Shown here: positions 16,301-28,800 of the stretch, piece by piece
Position numbering within the stretch: position 1 is the stretch's first letter
How the letters are laid out: each line of letters starts with the position of its first letter
DNA from: Saccostrea echinata
Lineage: Eukaryota
DNA: 64,000 nucleotides
Assembly: GCF_033153115.1 (NCBI RefSeq)
Contig: NW_026889751.1
Location: forward strand, 12,152,001 to 12,216,000
Direction: 5' to 3'
Translations under genes and position numbers: made by a program
The notes under the pieces: generated by a model
The model's database searches: none
Told to the model about the DNA's origin: nothing
Seen by the model: only the letters and a program-made list of their open reading frames with translations

Positions 16301-16419
16301 TTAGCATGGATACCTGCTACTGCAACAAAGAGGGTTGTAACTCCCAAGATGCAGTTCGATCAGCTTCCGGTCTAATTTTAGCGGCAGTGCTAGCTACGTT
16401 TTTGATTTATATATCTTAA
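12974..16419 (+). CDS. GPI-anchored Ly6/uPAR (three-finger, Quiver/Sleepless-like) protein with an extra N-terminal 6-Cys module, 201 aa
   Basis: Exons 12974-13040 (signal peptide MKTLVNIVLLFSVFCVSSVFTQ), 14651-14812, 15741-15920, 16223-16419; all GT-AG, all phase 1. The LU domain has 10 Cys (LKCYVC...C...C...C...RYC...C...TCYCNKEGCN) followed by a hydrophobic GPI signal (SGLILAAVLATFLIYIS*). Confidence 0.88.
13365..13395. repeat. (TG)n microsatellite
   Basis: About 15 TG units in intron 1 of the Ly6 gene. Confidence 0.9.
15545..15672 (-). mobile_element. 3'-end remnant of a Penelope-like retroelement
   Basis: GACCCCTGGA...GGGGTGGGATCAGCTGCCTAGGAGGAATAAGCATCCCCTG is the reverse complement of the 3' block at 40345-40385. 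Confidence 0.7.
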
Positions 16420-17056
16420 TGTTGAATAGCCATATTATTACAAGCAGAAATACGATCCTATGCACTGCATTTACTTTTTTATTACATGTATTTCCAATTT
16501 TATAACACTTGCCAAAGCAATTTAAAGATGAAGAGATTTTTGGTTTTTGAAAGACGTGTCAAAAATGAAATTTGATTGCTATTGATAAGTCATTTTACAT
16601 GATTGTTAATCTATGAGTCAGGTAATCATGTCTAGTCAATTCTGTAAAACCATGTGCCCACCGATAAGAAGGTGAAATGTACCTAAACAGCTGTTAATTT
16701 TGGCAATATGTATTTACTTACGAATTATAGATGTTAATAATATTTAAAACTCGTATTAGGCATAATACTTGTTATATTATTTTTTTGCTTTTTTATTTTG
16801 AATAGTCCATTTACATGTGTACATGTGTTCTTGTTATGAAGTATGAATACCCATACTCCTGCAGCATCTCAGATATTGGAAAGAAGAATTTTCACCAACT
16901 GAGCATTTATTCTTGAAAAAGAGGAAATCTACCATTGATATAGAAATCCAGAACCTGATATTAATCTGCCAGATATGGTCATGAAATCCAACAGAATTTT
17001 GTAAATATTGTATATCCCACCAAACCCAACCTGTTAAAACTTACGTTTATTTTTAA

Positions 17057-17358
17057 GGTCAGACGACACGTTCCTCAAATATTTGCATTTTTGTCTCTTC
17101 GTAATTTACCAAAAATGTTTATAAGTATTGTTAACTTGCTATTTCTAAACTGTTTTTAAAATATCTTTTAAAAATAAAGACTAAAAAATTGTGATATAAG
17201 CAATTCAAATATTTCCCAAAAGGATTATATAGGAAACACCATCCTCCGTTACCTTCCACAAATGCCTGGTAAGGTGCCTCAATTTTTTGTGAGGAAACTT
17301 GTTAAAGTAGAAATACTTCAATGACAAATTATATTATTGAGGAAAGTGTCGTCTGACC
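17057..17358. mobile_element. MITE with TTAA target duplication (Kolobok-type)
   Basis: TTAA|GGTCAGACGACACGTTCCTCA ... TGAGGAAAGTGTCGTCTGACC|TTAA: ~21-bp TIRs with 1 mismatch. Confidence 0.88.
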
Positions 17359-17938
17359 TTAAGGACAAAATAGAATTTTGGATCCACACCTGAGAAGTTT
17401 TGTGATTTTGATATGTCATTATGAATGTCTGTTCTGTAGAGGAAATAATGCTGTTCATTAAGCACTTTAAGAGAGTAAAGGGAGGGGGGGGGGCACTGTT
17501 ACTATAGTATTATGTAGATGTAGGACCTATTAGCTACCTCCAATTGTTACAGTCAGGAGATGACATAGATTTGTACCTGTGTATTTTTTCGGTCAGAGAA
17601 TTGTGTATGTTTTCTAAAAACTGTTTTTAGAGTTTTAGCAATCATAGAGAGTTTAGATTGTAAATAATTAATAGCTTGTACCAATAAAAATGAAAAGTGT
17701 CGTGTGAGAATAGATTCCTGGTTTTTCTCTTTTATATTAATAATTGTAAACAAAGAAATTAGACAGCTCAGTGCATTAAGCAGATTCATTTTTGTGTTGC
17801 TTTATTGAGAATACTCAGGTTGATTTTAACATTAAAAAAGTAAAGTTTTATACCTTTGATAATATGAATTAATTCCGCCAATTAATTGCAATGTGTATTT
17901 GTCTTGAAAGCATAATACTGTCTTAAAAGCATATTAGT

Positions 17939-18068
17939 NNNNNNNNNNNNNNNNNNNNNNNNNNNNNNNNNNNNNNNNNNNNNNNNNNNNNNNNNNNNNN
18001 NNNNNNNNNNNNNNNNNNNNNNNNNNNNNNNNNNNNNNNNNNNNNNNNNNNNNNNNNNNNNNNNNNNN
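17939..18068. other. Assembly gap (N run)
   Basis: Run of N. Confidence 0.95.
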
Positions 18069-18771
18069 TGATAACGTCTTTTGGATGGAAATCTATTGTG
18101 AAACAGTTTGTGAGAAAGTTCATGTATCTTAAGATCGATTTTCCGTTTTGGTTTCTAGTACATGTTTTTGTATTCACAATAAATGTTATCTACACTCGTT
18201 GCGTTAATTAGTAATCTATTATGTTTTTTCATGAAAGTATTGAAAGTATTAACTGTGCCAAATAGCCTACATGATCTTAAAGACTTTGAAAAATACATTG
18301 CAGAATAAAGAAATACTATTCATCACAAATGAAACTTTGATATTACGTCATTGCTAATCACATCTAAATTGATAAATTGAAAACCTAAAACCTGTTCTAC
18401 AATAAGTCTTTTTACTTGTTTCACTAATCCTTTGACTTGCATGCTGTCTTTTCTGATTTTTATTTGAAAATTATAAGTACATGTACACGACTTTAATTTT
18501 ACATGTATAATAAAAATCAGTAAACGAAAATACTAACAAAAATATATGTATCTGGACTTGCAGACTTTAAAAAACCTCTTTTCGCATAAATTTCTTCCCA
18601 AAATTATTTTTAAACAGGCTTAAATATGCATCATTCTTTGATTTCAGACATATTAATGAATTTGTTATATAAAAGACTTTAATGAGAGGCTCATGGCGCC
18701 ACATGCTCACCTGAGCGTTTTATGCTCAATTTGATACATATTTAAATTATAGAAAACTATGGAATCAAAGT

Positions 18772-19016
18772 ACCGTCAGGGTAGGCTAAGTCGGTAGGGC
18801 ACTCTCTCCGCTGTTAGGAAGTCCTTGGTTCGCACAATTTTATTTAAACAAAAAAAAAAAAAATGGGTAGCAACTGTTCCTTCGCATAGCGCGCGACACT
18901 TTTCAGTGAAAGTTGCAAGTTTTCGGATGAAACCTTAAAAAATGAGTTTGAGCCCCTTCACCGGTATCTAGTGACGTCTCAATCTTGCAAAATTTTAACA
19001 ATCAATCAATCAATCC
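18772..19016 (+). mobile_element. Degenerate tRNA-derived SINE
   Basis: A-box-like TAGGCTAAGTCGGTAG and B-box-like GGTTCG; core AACTGTTCCTTCGC...GGATGAAACCTTAAAA and CTTCACCGGTAT...TGACGTCTC shared with the copy at 39430-39770; (CAAT)n tail. Confidence 0.7.
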
Positions 19017-19821
19017 TCGCGAGTTACCCAGGTACGATGGAATGCATTTGGAGACAAACACTCAAGTGCGGAGTTTACTGTCCTATGACACCGTCTAGTT
19101 TTTTTATTCGTTTGTCAAATTTACCAAGTCAGATTTTTTTGGAGTGGGTAGGAACCCCAACCCGCCCCTCCCTTGGAAAAATTCTGGATCCACTCATGGG
19201 ACAGTGTGACACATTTAATATATATCAGCTGCTTCTTTATTTTAAGCTTGTGGATACGCTCTTATCTATATTAGGCATATATAATATAAGCGCATTTATA
19301 TAGATAATTGATTATCTTAACTGGAAAAAAAGAAGCAGATATCAGAAAACCTTGATAAACTGAGAAAGTAAGACCGATTATCGTATTAGCATGGATTAAA
19401 ACAATGTCATGGTGTCATCTTTTCTTCTCTTTGTTCAAAGAATCACCTTTTGGAGTCCAATAATAACACAAAGCAGTCCCATAATATGTTAGGACTGAAT
19501 TGAATTTCTTCTATAATTCAGTTATGGGACTATGGCTGGTACCTTTGAACTTGCTTAAGATTATATACCCCATACGTTCAATATAAAAGAAATTGTCAGA
19601 TTGTTTCCAGTGCAGTCTGACTTTTTTTATTTAAAATTTCCATTACTGAAATGAGACTTAATACAGGTGTCGAAGTCACCAAAAGTCAGACCTGTATGAA
19701 AACGATTTTTTTAACTAAGGATGGGATATATCATATAGATGGGATCACAACTTATCTGGATAAGTGTCACTGAGGCTTCGTGACAAGTAAACTTTTCCAT
19801 TGTCAAGACAATTCCAAATCA

Positions 19822-20041
19822 TACTACTCTATGCTAGGAAATTTCGCTCCCGTTTATTTTCGTCCCTTTTGCGCGCTTTGTAAGTGGGCGATTTTTAAAA
19901 GGGGCGAATTCAAGGAAGACAGCATTATCTCCTACGCATAACTCATTTACTGTGAGTGGGCAAATTTTAAACGGGCAAAACTTGGTTGAAGTTGTGATTG
20001 AGCGAAGATAACACGGGGCGAAAATGTCCCTATATAAAGTA
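19822..20041. mobile_element. Degenerate MITE with TA-bounded imperfect TIRs
   Basis: TACTCTATGCTAGGAAATTTCGCTCCCG ... CGGGGCGAAAATGTCCCTATATAAAGTA, with internal repeated GGGCGAA/GGGCAAA motifs. Confidence 0.55.
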
Positions 20042-20261
20042 TTAGCTCTGGGTCGTGAATATTGGATAAGTAATCAGCATTCTTGATATAGGTGTTTCCC
20101 GCAGCACCTGACGTTACTTATTTTTCTTTTAATAAAAATCTTAGACAACGCTTTCATCTACCTAAAGGTGAAGTCTCTTTTATTGCATTGGAAGTAATGA
20201 CAATGTAAAGGTTGTAGATAGAAAGAGAGACAAAAAATGACCGCCAAAAAGAGATAGATTG

Positions 20262-21622
20262 CCTGACAGAGAGTATGACAGACTGGTAGACAGAAAGAAT
20301 GACAGACTGACAGACAGAAAGAATGAAAGACTGACAGACAGAAAGTATGACAGACTGGCAGGCAGAAAGTATGACAGACTGACAGACAGAAAGAATGACA
20401 GACTGGCAGACAGAAAGTATGACAGACTGACAGACAGAAAGAATGACAGACTGGCAGACAGAAAGTATGACAGACTGACAGACAGAAAAAAATGACAGAC
20501 TGGCAGACAGAAAGTATGACAGACTGACAGACAGAAAGAATGACAGACTGGCAGACAGAAAGTATGACAGACTGACAGACAGAAAAAAATGACAGACAGA
20601 AAGTATGACAGGCTGGCAGGCAGAAAGTATGACAGACTGGCAGACAGAAAGAATGACAGACTGACAGACAGAGAGTATGACAGACTGGCAGACAGAAAGA
20701 ATGACAGACTGGCAGACAGAAAGAATGACAGACTGGCAGGCAGAAAGTATGACAGACTGGCAGACAGAAAGAATGACAGACTGACAGACAGAGAGTATGA
20801 CAGACTGGCAGACAGAAAGAATGACAGACTGGCAGACAGAAAGAATGACAGACTGGCAGACAGAAAGTATGACAGACTGACAGACAGAAAGAATGACAGA
20901 CTGGCAGACAGAAAGAATGACAGACTGGCAGACAGAAAGTATGACAGACTGACAGACAGAAAGAATGACAGACTGACAGACAGAAAGAATGACAGACTGG
21001 CAGACAGAAAGTATGACAGACTGACAGACAGAAAGAATGACAGACTGGCAGACAGAAAGAATGACAGACTGACAGAAAGAAAGAATGACAGACTGGCAGG
21101 CAGAAAGTATGACAGACTGGCAGACAGAAAGAATGACAGACTGACAGACAGAAAGAATGACAGACTGGCAGGCAGAAAGAATGACAGACTGACAGACAAA
21201 AAGTATGACAGACTGACAGACAGAAAGTATGACAGACTGACAGACAGAAAGAATGACAGACTGACAGACAGAAAGAATGACAGACTGACAGACAGAAAGA
21301 ATGACAGACTGGCAGATTGAAAGTATGACAGACTAAAAGACAGAAAGAATGACAGACTAAAAGACAGAAAGAATGACAGACTGACAGACTGAAAGTATGA
21401 CAGACTGGCAGACAGAAAGTATGACAGACTAACAGACAGAAAGAATGACAGACTGACAGACAGAAAGAATGACAGACTGACAGATTGAAAGTATGACAGA
21501 CTAAAAGACAGAAAGAATGACAGACTGACAGACAGAAAGAATGACAGACTGACAGACTGAAAGTATGACAGACTGGCAGACAGAAAGAATGACAGACTGG
21601 CAGACAGAAAGAATGACAGAGA
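20262..21622. repeat. 24-bp minisatellite built from GACA-type tetramers, about 55 copies
   Basis: Unit GACAGAAAG(A/T)ATGACAGACTG(A/G)CA; it produces the spurious DRKNDRLT and SLSFFLSV ORFs. Confidence 0.97.
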
Positions 21623-21983
21623 AAGAAAGTCAGTCATTGAGACGATATAGACATAGATTGATAGACACTGGCAGACAGAACTAGAGAAAGAGAATCAGAC
21701 ATTAAAAGGGTGACAGGGATTGACAGAGAAAAAGAGACACAGTGAGATTGACAGACAGACGGAAAGAAATACAGAGACAGAATGAAAAGGAGATTGGTAG
21801 AAAGAGAGATATTGATAGACAAAATAATAGACAGACCTAGAGACAGATTCACATAAAGACAAAAAGAGATCAGACGTTGACAGACGCAATAAAAAAGTGG
21901 CAGAGAGAGAGAGAGAGAAAATGACGGACAGAGATATGAGATTGAGAGGCAAAATATAAGACAAAGAAAGAGATATATGCCAT

Positions 21984-22632
21984 GTTTTGAGTTACTGCGA
22001 GGGTGATATGTGTCATGTTGTGAGTTTCTGCGTGGGTAATATGTCTCCTGTTTTGAGTTTCTGCGTGTGTGATATGTGTCTTGTTGTGAGTTACTGCCTG
22101 GGTGATATGTGTCCTGTTTTGAGTTACTGCGAGGGTGATATGTGTCCTGTTTTGAGTTACTGCATGGGTGATATATATGTCCTGTTTTGAGTTACTGCAT
22201 GGGTGAAATGTGTCCTGTTTTGAGTTTCTGCATGGGTGATTTATATCAGATTTTGAGTTACTGCGTGGGTGACATGTGTCCTGTTTTGAGTTTCTGCGTG
22301 GGTGATTTATATCAGATTTTGAGTTACTGCGTGGGTGACATGTGTCCAATTTTGAGTTTCTACGTGGGTGATATGTGTCCTGTTTTGGGTTTCTGCGTGG
22401 GTGATTTATGTCAAATTTTGAGTTACTGCGTGGGTGACATGTGTCCTGTTTTGAGTTACTACGTGGGTGATGTGTGTCCTGTTTTGGGTTTCTGCGTGGG
22501 TCATATATGTCTTGTTGTGAGGTACTGCCTGGGTGATATGCATCAAGTTTCCGAGTTTCTGATGTGTGTATTTTTGAGTTACTGAGTTCGTGATGTGTGT
22601 TTTGGTGTACTGCATGGGTAAAATGTGTCCTA
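21984..22632. repeat. 33-bp minisatellite, about 19 copies
   Basis: Unit TGAGTT(A/T)CTGCGTGGGTGATATGTGTCCTGTTT; starts at 21988, 22021 and so on. Confidence 0.95.
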
Positions 22633-22812
22633 TCAACACAGTGTCAACTTTGTCAAAATTGTCAACATACCACGCTTGGGGGCACATCATATATTATAGA
22701 ATCATCTGGTCAGCCATACAAACATTCGACCTATCAGTCTAAGATAACAAGTCCTCCCTTAAACAGTTAAACTGACTGCCGGTGTCTGCATCACTCAAGG
22801 ATTATTTTCGAC

Positions 22813-25800
22813 ATGGAACAATTTCCACAACCTATACGTAAGCCAGAGATTAAATACACGAAGGTAAGCATATAATTTGTGGATTTTTAAACTGTTCCTC
22901 AAACTGTAAAAAAAAAAAATCCGTTCAGGACGCCCATATCGTAGAATTAAAATAGAATGTGTGTTAAGGCCACGATAATTGACAGCTCAGATGTACGACA
23001 TGTTTATCTTATGATATTTTTACTATACGGGCAAGGACACTTGAAAGAAGCGTAATGGATAGGTAGGTCAAAAATAAGAAATAACTTTTCGATCTATGAC
23101 TGGTGTATAGCTTCCCACAGGCCAAGGTCGATAAGTAGAACTCGGCATATATACTGTGTATGTAGCACACATACGGTGTATCTTATTCTGCAGAAACAAG
23201 GTCTTGTGTGACGAGATTTGCATGCAAGATTTATTTTAAGGTTACTAGTAATATGTTGAAATGCATGTTTACAGATTTTAGTTTTTCATAACTATATATT
23301 TATATATATATAAAACAGGGTTCTCCATGAGCTATTTTACTGTGTCGGCCCAGACACAGTAAAATTTTCCCCGACACAGTTACGATTCAAATTTTATGCG
23401 TGCGACACAGTAAAAATTTTGCGACACAGTAAGATCTGTGATAATCAGAATATTAGAACATAAATTCTCTCCAACTGAAACTTTTATCAAACAAATTTCA
23501 ATTTTTTATTTATCTCTTAATTAGGGCACTTTGTCTTGCTTCACCTTGCATAATCAATATATCTCCTAGACCATCGCTGGACTTTACGTGTGAAAGAACA
23601 AAGACACATAATTTGTTTCCACACTTCTATATAACCGTACAACTGCTTATTGCATTTTAAAATATTATTTATAAAATTATTATAAATATATGCCTTTGCA
23701 CTTAAGAACCAAGTCTTTAGAATTATGTTGGCACAGTGACTGTGAGTCAAACATCGTTACGATGGTCACGATACCGTAATCATTTTATTGATGTGAATGT
23801 ATTGTTTAAGAATTCAAAGGCACCCCATAAAAATATTTCACTATTCGAGTTTCTTTTTTTAAATTCGTAAATTCGATCAACTGACAAAAATAACGGCAAA
23901 TTTACTTTTAGAGTGTGGAAGTAGATCGTTTTTATCGACCAGAATTTCCTCTGCTCTTCAGAGCATGTGTGAAATATTTAGTTAAATATACATTGTATAT
24001 ACAAAAATATCAAGGTTTAATATACACGTACAATTTTTAGACAGTGATACAAGTATATTATTTAAGTGGTTTTTTTTAATATCATACTTTTTTTTTAAGT
24101 TGGGGGGGGGGGGGGGTAACAGTTGTTTTTGTCTTATAGTACATTGTACATATGTTCATGATTATATGGAAAAATTCTAATTGTTTTAAATGCCCATTCC
24201 ATTAATTAATTTTTTATTAATATATACGATCATACCATTGTGTAACGAATTGGTGATTCAAAAAAGTTGTGTGTGTGTGAGGGTGTATGTGTGTGCTTTT
24301 GTAATATTATAATGAATAGTGGTTCGGTTGCGAATTTGATCGTGAAAATACCGCGAATATTAGTGGTTCACGTAAGTCTGCAACACAGTAAAATATCAAT
24401 GTATGTATGTATGAATGTATGTGTTAGGGGGAGGGGGGTGTTTGAACTCGTTTGATTGAGCCGCCCCATCGATCCCTCCCCCTCTCCCTCTCAGAAAAAA
24501 TGCACACGAAATGAATGCACAATATCATTTCGTCATTTGTTGTCAGCCTTCGTCTTTAGCATGTTTTGGGGCATCTTCAAAAAACCTTGACATTATAAAG
24601 ATTGTTTAGAGTTGGCTAAAGAAATGACTGGCAGCATTGCGATTCTTGAGTTATTACACGTAATGTTCATGTTAGTTGCATCTAGGAATGATGCTACCAG
24701 CGACATCTACATAAAACGAATTCTGTCTGGATAAGCCATCGTGTTCAAATTTTGAAGCTGGTTTATTTTCAAAAGACTCTTAGTCCAAATTGACCAGACC
24801 TATAAAATGGCGTAACTTAACTTTTTTAAAATTCATTATTAGTAATGAATTACAAAAGAAAACAAACATATATACATATTTATAAAAATAGTAAAGCTGT
24901 ATTTTTTTATGGTTTCAGCTGTTCATAAATAACGAGTTTGTAGATTCTGTCAGCGGAAAGACATTTCCTACCATCAATCCCGTCAACGGAGAGAAAATCT
25001 GTGATGTATCCGAGGGCGACAAGGTAAACTTTAAGACCATGTAGAGAAATTCTTTAATGTGAAAAGTGAAGATAACGAAAAGTAATCATACTAAAAAATC
25101 AGTGAGCAGAGCAAACATGGACCTCTGAAAACATCAGAGGTGGGATCAAGTGCCATGGAGGAGTAAGCATCCCCGGTCACAACCGCCGGATAAAGGGAGA
25201 AATCCGTAGTCAATTCAGTATGAAAATAATGGCCTAACAATTTGTATGAAAGACGTCAGTCAACATTCGACTAACGACGGATTTTATTTGAAAATAAGAT
25301 CATTGTATCGACCATAGATGGAATTTGCAAAATGTTGAGTTTAAACAAGATTGTATGTACCCTTGTATCATCAACTTATTTTTCACTAATCTGCCTCTTT
25401 TTAGAATTTTTTTCTTACGAAGAACATGTTTTTTCGTATCGAGTCAACTGGGAGACATATATCTCATGCAGGTGATAATGGTGTATTGCTACAGGAATAA
25501 GGGAAAATGATGTTGTTTGTTTTCTAATTTAAAAGAAAAAGATTGGGGGGGGGGGGTCACATATTCATTTTATGATAAGTATAATCATTTTTATTTTGTA
25601 ATGTCTCTTGTCATGATGAAGTTTCCTTCTTTGTCTGGCAATATGACTTTTTCCGGGTCGTTTTTATTTAAGTCATCTGAGTTCTCCAGAAGGAAAAAAT
25701 AATGAATTGTTTCTAATTACATCAAATAAAGATTTGCTAAATGACCAGTCTATGCACCAAGGTTTTTCAGTCCCCGTAACTCTATCTTCGCAAGCCAAGG

Positions 25801-28800
25801 CTTTTCGGTCTGATGCGATCTCCTTTTGTAGGAAGCTTAGAGTACGTACCGAGAAATCGTAGCTTGCGACGATATAAACGATCGTACGGTTGAAATTATC
25901 CTTGCTCACTAACTCAAATGTTCCCCCTCGTTTCTTTAGGCAGATGTAGACAAAGCGGTCGAGGCTGCAAAAGAAGCTTTCAAACTTGGATCACCATGGC
26001 GACGTATGGATGCCAGCAAAAGAGGTGCTCTGATCTACAAAATCGCACAGCTTATGGAGAGAGATGCACAGTATTTGGGGGCACGTTTTTTTTAATACAT
26101 CCACAAAAGAGGTAACCTTCTTTTCTGTTAAAAAATATCCACGAAATGTACTATGATGTCTGTATTTGCTTACAGAGTCTTGAGACCTATGACAATGGAA
26201 AACCCTATATGAACGCCTACGTGGAGATGCTATTCTCAGCAAACATTTTGAAATATTTTGCCGGTTGCGCCGATAAAGTTGGTGGGAAAACAATACCTGT
26301 TGGTATGGATGGTCATCAGCTATTTATATTTTTGCTTATACACCCCTACTAATGTTATTGTGATTTAAATTCAAGACACGTGGTGTAGTTGACCCATTCA
26401 AAGTTATAGGGTAGGACCGGTTTTATAAATAAAATTGGCAGTAAACAGGAAATTGCTATAGTCTGTTTCTTATGAAAAATGTGTTTCCAGCTGACCTCTC
26501 TGAGAGATTTTCATGATTTTAAATAGATAGGGGCGGGGGTGGAGGTGGGGGAGGGGGTATTAAAATCACAATCTACTTAATCTTCGCTTTTGTGATAATT
26601 TACGGCGAAAATTGGAGCTCAGTAGTGACTTTTTTTTTTTTCTAAAATCGCCCAATAAGCTGTTAAAAAAATGTGTAATATCTTTTACAATGAACCTTTG
26701 TTTACCTTATATGGCTATTGTTATTAATGCGCATAGGGGATCTTACCACGAACAATTGACCAATCGTTGAATGAATAACAACGTTTACTGGACAACTCCA
26801 TGTTTACATTTTACTTCGAACACGTGGTTCAGGTCAATCTACGATCGATATTAAATGGATTGTAAAAACCAATTAAAAAAAACTGTTTTTATGAGAAAAA
26901 AAAATACAATGATTAGAAACTATGAAAGATTTCACGGGCGTTTGCAATTTGTTGTTACGTTGTTAACTAGAAAATGTATATAATAAAATGTAGTCTGTGC
27001 CACGTTCAGAACACCTGCACTTCAAGGTTAAGGAAAACGAGCAGCATCTCTTAGGCATCTAAATAGTTAAATGGGCAACAAAGTTTTTTTTTACATTACA
27101 ATACCCGTGATCACAGGGAACCCACCTGACAATTGCATTCACCGATAGTACAACAAAGGAATACAGACGCTTACAGTTTGGTTTTAAGAAAGCTAGAATT
27201 CCACGTTTATTTAACAAATGTTTGTAATTGTGAGCATGGAAATAATAGAATAAAAATGGACAGATTACTTTTCATCTACGAAATGCATGGAAATTTTTTT
27301 GTGTCTTTCCGATCGCCTGTAGATTTGGTTTTTTTCCCCAAGCGTAAAATTCCTGTTAGTATCCGTAGTAACCCACAATCCAATTCAACTCATTCAGTTG
27401 ATTTTTCAGTTAAAGCCATGTTGGTACCTCATTTGTTAATCTGACGCCAAAAATATATAGTCCCAGTTTCCATGCAAGTATTTTTGTCCAAAAAGAAATT
27501 TTAATACATAACTGCAGAAAATAATTTCATGAGGAATACTTATTGAAGTGTGAATGCGTTCAAGAGAGACTGAAGTACATTTCTACAGATATTATACAGT
27601 GGTGAAAACTGAAACGCAACATAACTTTTCTGTTTACATGTCTCTATGTGGAAGTCACTTCCTAGCCACATTTCCGTGAATAATTTACCTCATCTCGCTG
27701 TAGTCTTGCTAAATCTCGCCAGAGCTACTTTCAGAGCTGCTCTGAACTCCTCGAGTTTTATAATTTGGAGAACATCGAAAAATAAAAGGTTCCGAACACA
27801 TTAGTAGGGGTGTTATATTCTGCTTGGACTTTAAAAAATCGGCCGATGTTTAAAGGGAGCCGGTTTTCAGAGGACCGGTTTGGAGAAGTATCACCGTATC
27901 TTGATCTGATTGCGTATAGTCAGGATTTGTTTTTCCAAGTAAGGTTTCCTTTCTCTCTACAGATGGAGATTTCATGTGTTACACAAGACATGAACCTGTA
28001 GGCATCTGTGGAGCAGTTATTCCGGTATGAAAAGAACCATGCATAAGTGTAATTGATTACAGCACGACAAGAAGCAACATTACTTCAAGCTCATCTCATA
28101 CATGGTCCAACTACTTTCATTATTTAAAAAAATGGAGAGAAACTAATTTAACACTGTCGGAAAGTCACAAGAATGTAAATACAAACTTTAAGACACACTG
28201 AACGAACGGTCTTTTAAGACATTAAAAAGACTAATACACAGTTTACTTACAGTGGAACTACCCTGTGGCCATGTTTTCTCTAAAACTGGCTCCTGCCTTG
28301 GCCTGTGGCAATGTGATCGTGTTCAAACCGGCAGAACAAACGCCACTGACGGCGCTCTACATGGCGTCCCTCTGTAAAGAGGTAGAGTTGAATATTCAAA
28401 TGTATACAATTAATTCATATTTAACAGAAACAAAGACATAAATTGTTAAGACTGTATGCTTTGATTTCATGAGTGTTTGAAGCTCAAGTTGTACAAGTTG
28501 TACATTGTGATTCTAGCTTTGTTGAAAAAGAATATCTTGTTCGAAGTTTAAGGAGGCTGGGGGGTCAACAAATTAACCATCAGATTTAACTTAATTTTTT
28601 ATATATGATATCTTAAGCTGTCAACTATCATTTGGCCAACAAAAAATTCATACATTTTAATTTTAAAATTTGGTCATTTTTGTATATCTTTTTTGGAGTT
28701 CTTCTTCTAAAGGAGATCAATATAGTCTGAAAATGGCCACAACCACCCAGCCCTCTTAATAAAACAAATTACAATGTTGTAGGCTGGAGTTCCTCCTGGC

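Noticed and set aside
20180-21637. 485-aa (-) and 243-aa (+) repetitive ORFs (SLSFFLSV / DRKNDRLT)
   Set aside because: By-products of a 24-bp minisatellite whose unit is a multiple of 3; frameshifts occur within the array, and there are no splice or signal features.
21870-22690. Cys/His-rich ORFs (LSYCVGDMCPV repeats) resembling metallothionein or zinc-finger proteins
   Set aside because: Translations of the 33-bp minisatellite, open on both strands and interrupted by indels.
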